A stretch of DNA of 64,000 nt from Balanoglossus misakiensis (lineage: Eukaryota > Animalia > Hemichordata): NCBI GenBank assembly GCA_040954595.2, contig CM082591.2:7864047-7928046 (forward strand), in the 5' to 3' direction. The notes beneath the pieces were generated by a model. The model did not search any database. It saw only the letters and a program-made list of their open reading frames with translations, and was not told where the DNA came from. Position numbers and translations under genes: made by a program. Positions 63,596 through 64,000 of this stretch are shown in pieces. How positions within the stretch are numbered: position 1 is the stretch's first letter; each line of letters starts with the position of its first letter.

Positions 63596-63959
63596 ATCAC
63601 GTACAGTCTGGACTCTGTCAAAGTTTAATTTCCATCGCGTCCATTTAGAACATGTCAGCAATTGAAATTCAGTTAACTTTGAAAATGTTTCAATGCAACT
63701 TCATTAACTAAAACTTTATCAAATGTTTACAATATTCCTTAATTGGTGACTGAAAATTTGTTATCTTCAGCTCAATTTAACCATTTTTTTTTATTCTGTT
63801 AAATTTCCCTCTGCTGTTTGTTGACAAGACAGTTGGTTTAAAGGTTAGATAAAACCAGTTGCACGTATACCACTGTTAACTTATCACGTCAGTCTGGACT
63901 CTGTCAAAGTTTAATTTCCATCGCGTCTATTTAGAACATGTCAGCTATTGAAATTCAGT
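63596..63959 (+). repeat. Direct duplication of ~80 bp (about 63596-63673 and 63883-63959)
   Basis: CAGTCTGGACTCTGTCAAAGTTTAATTTCCATCGCGT.. x2. Confidence 0.8.
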
Positions 63960-64000
63960 ATTTAAAGGTTAGATAAGGCCAGTTACATGTATACCAAGTG

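Overview
AT-rich animal genomic DNA with spliceosomal introns. The repeat and gene content suggest an invertebrate deuterostome (inference). From left to right: (1) a nearly intact Ty3/Gypsy LTR retrotransposon (1-6654; 5' LTR outside the window) with an RRM-PNMA-like Gag, a -1 frameshift into Pol and one nonsense codon in RNase H, inserted into a mariner-type MITE; (2) a repeat-rich stretch containing a ~1 kb tandem duplication; (3) a complete 27-exon GNPTAB (GlcNAc-1-phosphotransferase alpha/beta) gene on + (14547-37282, ~1440 aa) with one GC-AG intron and a coding minisatellite; (4) a ~30-copy 164-165 bp satellite (41335-46268) lying between two convergent AATAAA signals; (5) a convergent minus-strand gene of 8 coding exons (57080-47863, ~1900 aa) with an unusual architecture: tandem GT4/GT-B glycosyltransferase-like lobes, a TRADD-N-like domain, coiled coil, a 36-aa repeat stalk and an NHL beta-propeller, a candidate innate-immune sensor-effector; (6) many non-autonomous DNA elements with TTAA, TTA or TA flanks, a Helentron-like element, hairpin elements, and a multi-copy non-coding module with conserved splice sites. 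All calls come from reading the sequence by eye; no searches were run.
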